This document shows positions 1 to 13,441 of a DNA stretch of 64,000 bases, in pieces. Both the position numbers and the translations under genes were made by a program. Position 1 is the first letter of the stretch. Every line of letters starts with the position of its first letter. The notes beneath the pieces are model-generated. The model ran no database searches. It was not told the DNA's origin and saw only the letters and a list, made by a program, of their open reading frames with translations. The stretch comes from Sphagnum compactum (lineage: Eukaryota). The stretch covers positions 15,242,213 to 15,306,212 of the forward strand of contig OZ234493.1 in NCBI GenBank assembly GCA_965153455.1. Reading direction: 5' to 3'.

Positions 1-1
1 T

Positions 2-3000
2 GATATCACAGAGAGTGATCTTGGATTCATACTTCCTACTATCATACCACCATGTCATGATTGGGATTCATATGGAACATTGTTGCGGTTAATTGAGCAG
101 AGAAGGGGCTGGTCAGGTGCAAAACCTGCAAGATGGAGCACACGGATTGATCTACCTATTAAGGCATCTATTCGAGAAGGTGCTGGGATGGACTTTTTGG
201 CATCTAAGTTTGAGGATATTCATCCATCTCTGTTGCTTTTTCTCCATCGCCTGCAATGCATTGCAGTCCACAATGATCTCACTGGCTCAACTCAGGTGAT
301 GTATCGTGAAGATCTGGTTAATGGGCTTGTTCGTGTGGCTCATGATGGACAACAAGTAACATGGTTGGTTGTGAGGCACCAGCTTCAGGCAGCAGTTTTT
401 AGGCCAGGGATAACAGTCACAGAAATTGCTCTAGCATTCACTCTAAGACAACTTTCAAGCATGCTATATGAGGCCAGCCCTGAGCAGCAACAAGTTTTTG
501 CATTCCTCCCTTTGAGGGCATATGGCCTTCGGTTTATTGTACAGGGAGACTTTATTCTACCTTCTTCACGAGAGGAGGTGGATAGGGACAGTGCATGGAA
601 CCAGTGGCTCCGTTCTGAAATCCCTGAGGCATTTATGAAGGCCTCTGAGATGTTCAAATCTTTGCCATCTCTGGGAAGCCCAGGAAGAGCAGCTAGCCAA
701 TTTATGCAATATGTTCCCCTAGAGGGGGAGGTGTTGGGATTTTTCTCTCCTTTGCCACGCATTATTCATGCACGTTTGCGAGGTACCCAATGCCTGCCTG
801 TGGAAGGGTTAGAAGAGTGGACATTTCCATGTGTACTTGTGCAAGGTTGGAATGATGCTGTTCGTAAACTGATACCGGATACCATCTTGAAAGAGCATCT
901 CGGACTGCAGTATCTGAACAAGGAAGTGCAGCTCTCTGATTCACTTGCCTCAAGCTTGGGCGTGCAGAAGTATGGAGTGCACATGTTAGTCGCATTGATG
1001 AAATCTCTTTGTCAAAAGAAGGGAGCTGTGGAGAGTTTGGGTCTAGAGTGGGTTGGAACTTGGTTGATTGCTCTTCATGACTCCTTGCTTGTCAAACAAC
1101 AGACAACCCACATTATGTCACAGCAGGACAAGGAAGCTTCTTTGTTAGGAGACCTTCAGAGTTTGCAATTCATCCCGTTAGTTGATGGATCATTCTCTTC
1201 TCTAACAGATGGAACCATCTGGTTTTCTAGTCATCGAATTGAAAATAGGTTTGTCACTGATGATTCCCTTTCTTGCTATCCACTCATTTTTGCAGAACTT
1301 AGAACTGCAGATCCCCTCTTATTCATGAATGAACATGAAGTTGAAGGCAGCACAGTGCTCAAAGCTGGAAGGGGCTCTTCCAAGGGGATTAATTTTGTAA
1401 ACTCAGGAAAGGTTAGGAGAGTGCTGCAGCAGCTGGGAGTGATGCCAATGTCAGCTCATGAGGTGGTGAGGAATCATGTGCTGCCAGCTATGGCAGAGGC
1501 AAATTGCTTGGGAAGAGACACACATCTTGTGGTGCAGTACTTAGCATATGTTAAGTGGCATTTACAATCTGGTTGCTCTAAATGCGTGAATGATAGGATA
1601 TATATGCAACTCAAGGAAAATGCCGCTATTCTCACAAGCAATGGACTTTGCCGGTTGAACAAGGGTAGTATCCATTTTGGTCTTGCAATGGGCAACCCCC
1701 TTGATGTGCAAAGTATTCTGGAGGGTACTTCAGTGGAGTGGAATGAGGTTGACACCAGCTATCTTCAACTTTCTTCTCCTCATGACATGACATCCGATGT
1801 TGGAAGCTGGCGGAAGTTTTTGAGTGGTCTTGGGGTGATGGATTTTGTGAAGGTGGTGCCCGTAGAGAGACAAGTATCAGACAAGGCTGCAAGTTTATGG
1901 CAAAATGTGATCTGGCAGGGAGATGGGTGGGCTCAGGGTGGCTGGATTGTCCAGGATTGGGAGTCACCAGAACTCATAGACATAGTGACTGCGGTGTGCA
2001 GTTTTGTTGACGTAGTTGTGAAAGAGAAGGGGAAAAAGGCCTCTGGAAAGGCTGAAAAGTGTGCAAGCCTTTTGTTGGCCCTGGATAAACTGTGGAGCAC
2101 CAAGTTTTCATCTTCTTGGAGAGCAAAATACAGGCGGTTGGAAGACACCAAGGATGCATGGAGGGGGGAAACCGAGGCATCATGGGTAATGCAAGTACAG
2201 AATCTAAAGTGGGTTATGTCCAGCTTGGATGGACAACTGCATACACCCACTGCACTTTTTCAACAATGTGAGGCTGTTGAAAGATTTTTGGGAAGCCATG
2301 CTCCTTATGCCATCCCTCAGGTTGGCACTGTGTTCCTTTGGGAGTATTTTGTAGATACAACGAATTTTGATACTCTAAACTTGAAGTAACATTGCAGTTG
2401 AAGTGCTTACAACTTTCTGTGTTTTTTGTTACTGAGGATGATATTTTAATGCAGTTGTGCTGTCTGTTTTGCTGTGGAATTTATGGAACAGATACAGAGC
2501 ATGGAGTTCATGAGAGCCCTTGGCCTGCGTACCCAAGTGACTGTGAATGACTGTATTTCTCTTCTGCATCATTTGGGTGATAGGAAGCAACCTTTTGAAG
2601 CAAGGTACAGTCTTGCTGAAGAACTGGGCGCAATTACTGTGTTCTTGTCTTATAATGTTTTCACATATGTTGAAGTAAGCTGTAGAAGGGTACTTGCAAG
2701 ACTTTCACCCTGGGAGTTCTTTTGGCGGTCTGCAGTGTGGCACAAATGGCAAGACTGTACTCATTCCTGGCAGAAAGAATGTCAACAGACAGAGATGTTG
2801 TGTTGGCTACCCTTAAATTGTATCCTTCAATTTTTGTGCCCTTGAAGTGGGGTAATGCACGTGAGCAAGTCCTACATGGAAGTTTCTATTCTGTGGGTGA
2901 TGTATGCTGGAATGATCCGACAGCTGCACTCAACACCTTGGTTTCCATAACCGAGAAAGCTCAGAAGGCTGGTTCCAAAGAAATATCACCATCTGTAGAT

Positions 3001-5740
3001 TCAGGTTCTGAGCAGCATGTTCGTGTAAAAGTGCTGAGCAGTTTCTACCCAGAGCTGAAGTCATTCTTTGTTAGGGACTGTCAAGTTCAAGAAAGACCAA
3101 ATTTCAGTGCATATATCAAAGTCCTTCGTGGCCTTGCTGCTGCTGCACCCCCCACTTTGGCATTTGATCAGGTGATTATTGTATAGTATGAATCACTGTG
3201 TTCCATTTGCTTCTCTCCAAGTTCACTCATCATTTCAGTTTAGGGTTTACATGTCATGCAAGATCTCTTCAATAAGTGGTTTTTTTTTTTCCTTTTTTTG
3301 GGGTGTGAACCTGCAGGTGATGGAAGTGTATGCAGCATTGTCATGGGAGATAGAATGTGGACGAGTAACAGAAACAGATGTGCAGCAGTGGAAATCTCAG
3401 CTCCAAGACCCAGATTGCGCAGTGTTACCCACAACTCAAAACAAATGGGTGTCCTTGAATGATCATGTAGGTGTGGTCTGTGTGTGTGATGATACAAAAA
3501 TTGCAGAGGAATTTCCTGATGCTGCAGTTGAGGGACTCCACTTTTTACAGTTGAATGATTCCTACTTTCATGAACGAGCCAAAGCTAGGCGGACCAAGCC
3601 TGCTGCCAGGCAGACTGTACAGCCTCTTCTGGAGGCATTGGGCATCCCACTCCTATCCCAGGTTATTTATCTTCATCATGCTTTTCTGCTGTCACTGTAT
3701 GATAAAGCAAAATAATGTTAGAAAGTGGACATCTTTATGGAACACAAGGATTTCCCTTGGAAGAGGGTCTCTGGTGGATTTTCAATTCCTGTAGCTGTGT
3801 AGTTGTTATACATGACAGAGGGTTACTTGTCACTTTTGCATGTTTTTCAGATAGTGGAGCGGGAAGTTATCTCATACGGGTCACAGGATGCTTGTAGAAT
3901 TGAGGCACGCATTTCCTGGGCACTGCCTTATGCACAACGTTATATGTTGCAACATCACAATGAGCACTACAACAGTCTAGAGAATTTGCACTTTGCAGAG
4001 GAAGTGAAGAAGCTGCAATGTGTGGTGGTAGACCAACTGTATTTCCGGTATACTCTTCAGTCAGGTCGGCACTGCTCCCGTTGTCGTCTTGAATGTGGTG
4101 CCCTTCTTCAGGTCTGTTTCTTTTTGCCTTTATTCATCCAATTTACTCCTCTATGCTCTGACAAGCATTCACATCTAGGAATTCCCAGGACCACAAGAAC
4201 ATGAGATGATCTAGACTTTAAAGTTGCCCTCAATTTGCTATTTTCTCATGTGACAGCTCTGATTGTGTCCTCTAGAAGAAGGTTAAGTCCCAGTCTTTAT
4301 CATTGTCTCTTGGTCCCAGACTAAGCAGGGTAAGTGGGATCTGCAGGGCAGTACACTGCACGTTGCAGCTGCTCAAGCTGAAGATCACTGCATGGTTTAT
4401 GCCGAACTTTCAAGGTTCTTTTTCTCTGGTCAACCCAACCTGCAGCTTGCCAACTTCCTGCATATGATAACCTTGATGGCCTCCTTGGGTTCATCAGAGA
4501 CTGTTGTCGAGTCAAATGTTGTCAATATACAGGGTGTTCAGCCGCTTCCTGCTGGAATGGTCCCCTGGGCTCTTGATGTCAGTATCCAGAATGACATCCC
4601 TTCAGATGTAACCACTTCTGGTATTTCTGCAGCCATGGCGTCTGCTGAGGTGTACATACAGAGACATGCTAAAAAGCTTGAAGAAACCATGCCCAGGAAG
4701 ACAAAGGTGTCTCATTCATACTCTGGGTGGCCTCCTCAGTCCTGGATACCGCTTCCCACCATCAAGTCGACTGCAGCCTTATCTATTAAGAAGGGTGAGC
4801 TGGGTGACACATTGTCATCTGTAGTTGAAAGGAACAAGGCTCCTGCCAAGTTTGTACCTGATGACAGGCAAACAGAAACTACGAAAAGCTTGCTGAAAGG
4901 ACCCACAGACTGCTCGACAGGAGATGGCACACAAGACATAAGTACTAAAGCCAACATAAGCTTGAATGGTGCTGAATTTCATTCCAAGTCCCAGGATCTG
5001 AAGTTGGGGCTTGCAGCCCAATGTACTGTGGAAGAAGTTCCACCAAATGCAAACATTACTAACAGCACCAACACACAAATGCCAGACATTCTGGTAAGTC
5101 TTGAGGAACATGATTGTGTATGTAGGTACAGGTTCAAGTGAAATGACAGGAAGTAATGAACTATGGTGCCATTATTTAAGGACTATTTCTTGTGGCTAAA
5201 ACAACAATCTGCATCTAGTAGGTTGCATTGTAATGAAGGTGACATTGTGTGCAGGTGAAGAAGCAGCTTGTTCTGGACCCACAAAGTGAGCAACGACAAA
5301 TGACGGGGCGGGCAGGGGAGGCACTAGTGTCTCAATATCTTGCTGGTAAACATGGACCAGCGCATGTAAAGTGGGTAAATGAGGATGGAGAGACAGGAGC
5401 AGCTTTCGATATTATAGTCACAACTGAGACTGGACGGCAAGAGTTTGTGGAGGTGAAGGCAACACGTTCCCAAGACAAGGATTGGTTTGAGATTTCAAAT
5501 CGAGAATGGGAATTTGGGCAAGTTCATGGTGATCAGTTCACCATTATTCGCGTTTTCCTTGCAGGACCTGAACAGCCTGCTCGAATTCTCCGCATCCCCA
5601 ATCCAGTAATGCTCTGCCAAAAACGAATTCTTCAACTTGCAGTCGTCTTACCACATAACAGTTTGCAGGGCATGCCTCCAAGTGAGGAAATGCAGATTGC
5701 TTCCTATTCAGTTAATCTATCAGAGATTGCTGCAGATTGA
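2..5740 (+). CDS. NOV: NO VEIN-like protein (sacsin-like region plus C-terminal DUF3883), 5'-truncated by the window. Predicted exons: <2-2320, 2492-2604, 2736-3171, 3317-3661, 3851-4111, 4347-5093, 5255-5740
   Basis: Frame is open from base 2 (DITESDLGFILPT...). Motifs LLLFLHRLQCI and VFAFLPLRAYGLRFIVQGDFILPSSREEVD..S.WNQWL are present. The last exon has GRAGE...VKWVNEDGETGAAFDI...EFVEVKAT...WFEISNREWEF (DUF3883-type). All six introns are GT-AG and keep the frame when joined; stop TGA at 5738-5740. Confidence 0.9.
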
Positions 5741-5968
5741 CTTAATCCACATGAGAGACAGGAGCACATTACTATCCTTGCAGCAATAGGTGAGGGTCGA
5801 ACATGGAGTCTTATCATCTTCTCATCAACCAGTTATCATGTCAGAAGGCTTCCAGTCATAGTGAGTCAATTTTTGAGCAAAATCAGCGTGTCTTCAAAAT
5901 CTGACAGATGAATGTTTGAAGCAAGCTGCTGTGTACTAATTGGACCCTTACAATTTTAAAGGATGATT

Positions 5969-6118
5969 GTCATGTCAAAGTACCTAATTATGAGCACCAT
6001 CTGGAGTGATTGAATACCATGTATAGGTCTTTGATTGAGATACTAATCATGTCAAAGTAACTTATGAACAGAATCTGGATTGATTGAACACCATATGCAC
6101 CTGTTTGATTGAGATGCC
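5969..6118. repeat. Degenerate ~75-bp tandem duplication downstream of the NOV stop
   Basis: tcatgtcaaagta...atctgga.tgattgaa.accat......tttgattgagat occurs twice in tandem. Confidence 0.6.
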
Positions 6119-6722
6119 CCTGTACAAGAAGCAAAGCTAAGTCTACACAAGTCTGGTCATAAAAGGCAAAGGGTTCTTGCTGTGTTGTATCCTTCATAAT
6201 ACACCACTGAAAGGGTAGCATCTGGGAAAGCTTCAATTGCATGGCTTCAACTGCTTTACTTAATCAGGTATTGGGCGAAATGCAAACTATGCTTGCAGCA
6301 ACAAGAGGCATTGTAAATGTAATCCTCTCGCCTTCCCATCAACCGAGTAGCACAGTAGAAGTCTTCTGCCTATAGTGGGAGAAATGCAAATTGCGAGCCA
6401 TGAAAACTTTGTTTTTAAATGTGGCACAAATTTAGTACATGTCCACAGACTGGATTCTGAGTACAAGAGTTTTGCCGAAGCATCGAAGTATGTGATTAAG
6501 AGTTTGAACAGGACTCATTGGTCATGTATGCTCCTGCATGGCAGCAATACACCAAGAAGTAAGAGAGTGAAATCTGGGCGTCCCTTTGTAGTAGTGCCCT
6601 CACTACTCTCTTCCATCTCATGCTTCATTTTACCCACTACCAAGTTCTATTCTTTATACAATTTGAACTCCCAATTTCAAAAGACTGCAATGTAAGTTTT
6701 GTAAGGCAGCTCCTAAGGTTCT

Positions 6723-9700
6723 CTATATATCCCGACAAAGAAATAGTCGAAGCCTAGAAGAATCACCTCCTTCTCTAGTTGCTCTTTCTTCTTGAAAATG
6801 TAGGGAGAAAACCTCTTTTCTCACTTTGCCTTCATATACTCCCAAACTCACAACAAACTTGACTCCAAAGTGTAGTCGCAATTGTCTTGCTCCTCCTCCT
6901 AGAAGGTTCAAAATTCTCCTTTCCCAACAAGCACCTCCATTCGATGCAATTTCTTTCGACGATCTTTCACGTTTAAAATGTGGGTGATTAAAACTCCACA
7001 CATCTTCAAAATCAGAACTCTCATGCATTGTCACTCTAGAATTATTATCCTCTTCACTTCTAGTTTCTTCCTCCCTAGTCTTTCTCACTTTTTGGTCTGG
7101 TGGTTGATAAGAAGTTCTTTGTTTGTCTAGGGCTACAAACTGAGAAGTGTGTTGTTTCTTCACATACTCTTTTACGAACTCCTCTCCGCTAAATTTCCCA
7201 GTGTATGGTTTGAACCAAAAATCTTCTAACACTCTTTGCTTTGTAGCTATTGTTTTACTATGGATTTTTGTCTCATGCATTTCTCTTGCTCTTGCATTCC
7301 ACTCGACAATCCACTCATTATCTCTCTTTGAATAGTCCTTCCACATGTGGTATTTGTGCTTAATTGATTTCAATTATGCTAACTCTTGAAGACATAGTAG
7401 TTATTCTAGAGGCCATACAAGATGCGATTCATTCATGGGCATGTTGAGCATATCATGCACTGTTTCGCAAAAACTAGCCTCGGCTCTAAACCAACTTTTC
7501 TATTTTTATTGCCCTTTTCTTCATTTACATAATTCTTGGATATAATGGTACTATTCTTTTTTTCCCTCTTTTATAACTGAATTTTCTTGCTCTTACATTT
7601 TTAGACATTCTTGGTATGCCAATTCTTGAATCTTCTTCTTCAATCCACTCAATATCATCTTCATTAAATGTTTTTCTAGGTTTTGGGTCAATCTAGGGTA
7701 GATTCTTTAATTTGGTATGCAACTTAGGTGGAAAATTAGGTTTGGTTTTCTTTTTATGCCTATTTCTAATTTTACCAGTAGGTCTTGTATCAATTGTAAC
7801 AATCACTATTATTGCATTGGTTGGTGGATTGTTATGATGATAGACCTTTAATTTATTAATATTTAATCTCTGCCCTCTCATTACTCATGGTCGACAACTC
7901 CATTATGTTGTTATCAAACATTTTTTGTATTTTAAAAGGACCTTTCCAAGGTAATGTAAATTTACCTCCCTTTATTTTTGTAATTTTAAGCATCCATAGT
8001 ACTAACTTTCCTTTAAACTTTTTTATGTTCCCTTTTTCATCCTTTTTTTTTTTGCGCATCAGTTGAATATGGTTAATATTTTCTCCGACTTGCCAAAAAG
8101 TTTCATCCAATCAAAATAAATCCTCCATCCTTACCCAGACAGCTTTGTTTAGATCTTCTTGTGGTAAGTCATGAACTCTTTTAGTTGGTATTGCAAATTC
8201 TGTTGGCATAATTGCTTGAGTATCATAAACTGACTCAAAAGGTGTATATTGAGTTGTCACTTTATAAGTTGTCCGATATGCCCATAGAACAATGACTAAC
8301 ATTACATCCCAATCCGTTCGATTTGCATTTCAATAACAATGATTTAATTTAACAAGTATTTTAATAATTTTATTAATGAAATGATTGCATTAGTCACTTA
8401 CAAGATGGGTCGAGCAGCCAAAGCGAATAATAATTTGTTCATAAACAAATTTAACAATGTTTTTAGCCATGTTGTCACAAAATGCTTTCGTTTCTACCCA
8501 TTTAGTAGTATAATCAGTTGTTACTATAATATATTGATTTTCAGTATATCTTATTGCCGATTTGACTAATCCCATAAAATCAAAACCATGTTTCATGAAG
8601 GGTTCAAATGCCATAACCAGTTTGAGTGGCCCTTTACCACTTCGCCATATGGGTTCTAGGTGTTGGCAAATATCACAATTTTGACATATTCAACATCTTT
8701 ATGCATAATGGGCCACCAATAACCTTAAGATAATATTTTTTTAACAGTAGTATTCATGCCAAAATGCCCATTAACTAGCCTTTCATGGAAGTCTTTTAAT
8801 ACTTTAGACACTTCCCCTGGAAATAAACATTGTTATAAAACCCCATCCAATCCTAATTTATATAATTGTTTGTCATATAACGTGTAGGGCCTGGCTTTGA
8901 TGACAATTTGACTATTTTCTTCTTTAGATACATTGTTATCAAAGTATCCTTTCTTTGGATATTTTATGATTGGTCCATACCAATCAACTCCTACATTAAA
9001 TAGATGAACATCAGATAACTGATCATCTACTCCTTCTACTAATTCCCCATGATTAATTCTAGACAGATAATCAATAAGAAATGAATTCTACTCGATTTGT
9101 AAACAACTTTAAAATCAAATTTTTGTAACAATAAAAACCATTTGTGTCACGACCTTAGCCTTGGGCTCATGACCAAGGCAAGGGCATGGAAAGGTGCGGG
9201 TCAATAATGCAACCCAAAAGTCACATACACTTTCGGGAGCACAAGAGAGTGTGAAGGAGTGAGCCCACACACTCCCAAGTGGACTCCCAATTTGGGAGTT
9301 GGAGTCTTGATGGACTCCTGAATTTTTAGAGAGTTGTTTGAAGGGCCAAAATTCATTGAATTGAGGACTTCATTATATCATTGGAAAATTATTAAGATGT
9401 AAATGTCTAAAATGGGCTCGCATTATCCATTTGAATACTTACAACACAAGTTATGACTAAAAAAAAATCGAAAGTCAAAGTGTAAATTGACTCTTGACCA
9501 CTAAAAGTCAACAATCTCCCCAAGTTACATGTTTACAAGAGGTGTGCTACATATTGTTGGAAAGCTCTCGATGATGGATACAATTTTGTTTTAGACCTCA
9601 CCTCAATCAAAGGTCTACACAAGAAATTATTAATGTTCAAAATGGCTAGAGTCCCAATTTCCGAGAAAAAACGCCATTTGGGTGTAGCCCCCATGGCGAG

Positions 9701-10871
9701 CCACAAAAAATATTATAAGGGGGAAGGTGGTGGCTTCCCCCAATTCTAGGCCATGGTGAACCTTGTGATTCCGTGTATGCATGTGGTTCGTCCGTGCACA
9801 AAAATGTTCCAACTATGCATTAATCAACTTGTTTTTTGGTTTGTGCAAATTGATATGAATTGATTGACACATTTGTCACTCATCTTAGTCCCCATCCCAA
9901 AGCTCCAACATGCCCTTTTTACCCCATAAGTGTTGCGAATTAAAGAGCATGCCCCAACTCCTGTCAATGTTTTCACTTTGGGATTCGCATTTGAGTCTTT
10001 CAAGGAGTTTGGGTGTGCGGCAATCTTACAATTTGATTTGTTACTATCCCTGATGATCTACAAAGAAAATAAAACTATTTCTTAACAAATAATGTTTGAA
10101 TTTCTTCACAACATATATCATTGCCAATTTTATTTTTTTAGTTGTTGTATATATTTTTTTGCATTATTCATAAGTTTATTTTAAGTATATTGGTTTGTCA
10201 ATGGTATTATCTGGGTTTGGATTTAACATAACCCCAAGAACAAAGTTTAATGCATTGGTATGCACATGGAATTTGATTTTCCAGTTTGGTACCATTAATA
10301 CTGGCAAACATGTCATAGATGTTTTCATCCACTCCTAAGATTTATTGCAAGTTTCAATCCATTTGAATTTTTCATTTTTCTTTAATAGTTTGCACATGGG
10401 TGCCGCTTTGTTGGCAAAGTTTCGGAAATAACATCGATAGAAACCAACTACTCCCGAAAGAAATTATTTTTGTTACATTAATTGGTATTGGCATTGTAGT
10501 GATTACAGTAATTTTTCTAGGATCCTTTAATAATCCATCACTACAAACAATGTGTCAAAATAAAACACCCAAATTAACACAAAATGCACATTTTCCAGGT
10601 TAAAACTTATGCCATTTTGTTTACATTTTTCCAAACATTTTTGTAATTAACCTAAGTGGTCCTTTTTACTTCCATATACACTAAAATTGTCTAGGAATAC
10701 TTGCACAATTTTATTCAAATATTCTTTAAAAGGTTTTGGTCACCACTTTTTGAAATGTGGCAAGAACATTACATAGTCCAAATGGCATTATGTTATATGC
10801 ATACGCACCCCATTCTGAAATAAATGTTGTCTTTTCTTTGTCTTTTTTTGCCATTTTAACTTGGTTATAAC
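6723..10871 (-). mobile_element. Degenerate Ty3/Gypsy LTR-retrotransposon pol (RT-RNaseH-integrase), 5'-truncated
   Basis: Minus-strand motifs: GYNQVKMA..DKEKTTF, YNIMPFGLCNVLATFQK and VFLDNFS (decayed YxDD) at ~10680-10870; RNase H FHVHTNALNFVLGVML at ~10230-10275; integrase C-x2-C-x2-C, FDFMG, DYTTKWVE, RFGCSTHLVSD, LWAYRTTYKVTTQYTPF and WKGPFKI at ~7900-8700. The order RT-RH-INT is the Gypsy order. Many stops and frameshifts. Confidence 0.9.
9145..10022 (+). mobile_element. Solo LTR (~880 bp) inserted in the Gypsy RNase H region
   Basis: Starts TGTCAC and ends ...GTGCGGCA. It splits the Gypsy QIVRWFLLLQ.FDF motif exactly. Degenerate 5-bp flanks atttg / atctt. Confidence 0.75.
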
Positions 10872-11284
10872 TAGTGTTGGGCAAATATACTGAAAATCCA
10901 GATATATCTTAAGATATCTCTTTGAATTACTTTTGAAATCTTCTGGATATCAAAAATTTTGATATCCGAAGTGATATCCTTATCTTTGGATATCAAAATA
11001 ATGATATTCGGTCATATAATATTCGGACAGATTTTTTTTGAAAATATGATATCCAGGGCGGATATTATATCCATGCCTATATATGGATGTGAAAGGGATT
11101 TAGATTTAGTGTGTAGGTTGTTAGCGGGATCAAAACAAAATTGTGGGCACCAATGTAAACTGTTACAAGGGAAAACATTATTGTGGGTACCACCATTGGA
11201 CCTAAAAAAAACAAGAACCTAAATCTAAAATAAAGTGGGGCTTGAGCTCAATTTAGGCCCCACTTTTTCCTTTCTCCCTTTCCT

Positions 11285-11660
11285 TGCACTCTACTCTCCT
11301 CTCCTCGCACTCCACTCTCCTCTTCGCGCTGCTACTTTCCTCTTCGCCCTGTTATCCTCTTTGCCTTACTATTCTCCTATTCACCCTGTTGCTCTCCTCT
11401 TCATGTCATGTTGCTACTCTCATCTTTGCCTTGCTGCTCTCCTTTTCGTGTTACGCTAATGTTTTCCTTTTCGCCCTACTACTCTCCTTTTTGCGATACT
11501 ATTATCCTCTTTGCCCTGTTGTTCTCTTTTCACGTTGTTGCTATCCTCTTCACACTACTCGCTTTTCCTCTTCACACTATTTGGCTTTTCTCTTCACGCT
11601 GCTAGTAACTCCTTTGCACTGCTTGGCTTTCCTCTTCGCACTATTGTTTTCCTCTTGGGT
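11285..11660. repeat. Degenerate pyrimidine-rich short tandem repeat within the hAT 5' region
   Basis: Recurrent ~20-bp motif of the type (t)tgct(a)ctctcctcttcgc(cc/gc)t. It explains the Leu/Phe/Ser-rich spurious ORFs here. Confidence 0.6.
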
Positions 11661-13441
11661 AGTTTTTCATTTCAAGTACAAGGTTCTTCACACTACTACT
11701 ATTGGTGCATTGTTATTCGTTGAAGAATCTTATATTACCCCCTTGCATTCCTTTTTGCAGGAATTGGGAGTGGTCGGGAGTGAAAAATAAAAAACCTATA
11801 TTTTTCAGTAAGTGTTTTTCCCTTTGCTTATTTCCATTTTTAAGAAAATTATTTCATGTCTTTTGTTCCTTTTTTTTTTTTTTTTTTTTGGCTTTTGGTT
11901 TATGATGTAGGGCTTGTTATAAATTGTTTTAGACACAAACCTAAACCCTTGTACTTTTGACAATTTTTTCTTTGCTTACTTGTTTTGCAATATTCTCTTT
12001 TTGTTTGCTTGTAAATGCTTTGTAATTTTAAATTTTTGCTTCTTTTGTAGTTTTTAAAAACATTTGCTTGCTTGTAAATGTTTTGCATCATATTTAGTTA
12101 TGCATAAGAGCAATATCATCACATCACACACACACAACAAAACCTTGTATTTGTTTCTTTAGTTTCTCGATCATTTGGTCTTGTAGAACATTTGTGAAAG
12201 ATGGAAAGGTCAAATGAATTTAATAATCAGATAATGCAAATTGAGAAATATATAATATGCATAAATGATGAAACTAAAGTTAATCAAGTAAGGGAAGAAA
12301 GAGAAATTTCAAGTCTGCAAACTGAAGTAAGTAAATTGTTAGGAGAATTGTCAATCTCAACTTGCTATTTTTGCGAATTCAAGAAACAGTTAACGAAAGG
12401 TTTGGTGACATATTATAAAACAAGTGCATAACATGTTTACAAAAACATCTTGATGTAAATCATTCAGCAATTTATTAAAGTTTTCAAGAAGAAATTAATA
12501 ATCAAGGGAAAGAAAATGTTGAGAGATAATCTGCAAAAAAAAGGTTTCATATTTCCAATTCTTCCATATCTGAATTTTTTGCTTCAAAAGATCCCTACAA
12601 AAAGGATGATGTGGAACAAAAGACGTTTGTGGAAAATCATGCACTTTTAATAGTGAAAAATCATTTTCCTTTGCAATTTGTGGAAAGTTTGTAGTTAAAA
12701 CATTTAGTGTTACAATTATGTCCTTGTGTGCAATTCCTTTCTCGAAAATTATTTTCAAACATTGTTTTGCCTAAATTGGTGGAGAAAACCAAGGAAACAT
12801 ATGTTTTTCCTTTGCTAAATGATTATAGTTGTGCTATCGCCAGTTTTGATTTGTGGATGTCCAATGGTGCACATGATGTGTTTATCTTGGTCATAAATTT
12901 ATTGGGATCTGATTGGAAACCAAAACATGTCATTCTTGGTTTGTTTAAAATTGTTGAAATTACAGGACACACGTTGGCTAAAAATCTTATTGAACTTTTA
13001 GATGCATATGGCTTGAGAAATAAGATCATAACATATGTGAAGGATGAGGGTTCAAATTTAAATACATTGACCAATGCTTTGTGGTCTGTTGTTAAATGTG
13101 AAACTTTAGGTTTGGAAGAAATCTTTTAAAGAACTTGTTTTGGTCATGATTTTTCCAAAGCGTGCCAATATGCCACAATTGATGACAAAGTTTGTAAGAA
13201 TATGAAATATGTGTCTATTAAATTTACCCATGCAGATTTGTAGAAATGCATTATTTGGCCAAAGAAATTTAGTAAAGGTCATCAAGAATGGAATAGAGCT
13301 TGCATTAAAGCTAGTTTGAGACCTAAGAAACTAAACGCTCCAATGAAAACAATGTTAGTTTGGTTTGCAGACATTTAATTTTTTGCTACACTTTTGCAAG
13401 TCTATTGTTTTTATTTTATTTTAATTATAAGGTTTTTTTGC

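Noticed and set aside
385..5111. Multiple antisense ORFs over NOV (similar ones lie over IMPDH and the DUF761 gene)
   Set aside because: They are shadow ORFs of real coding exons with no independent features.
11235..11905. Overlapping hydrophobic ORFs (up to 168 aa) resembling membrane proteins
   Set aside because: They arise from a pyrimidine-rich degenerate repeat that is open in several frames inside the hAT remnant.
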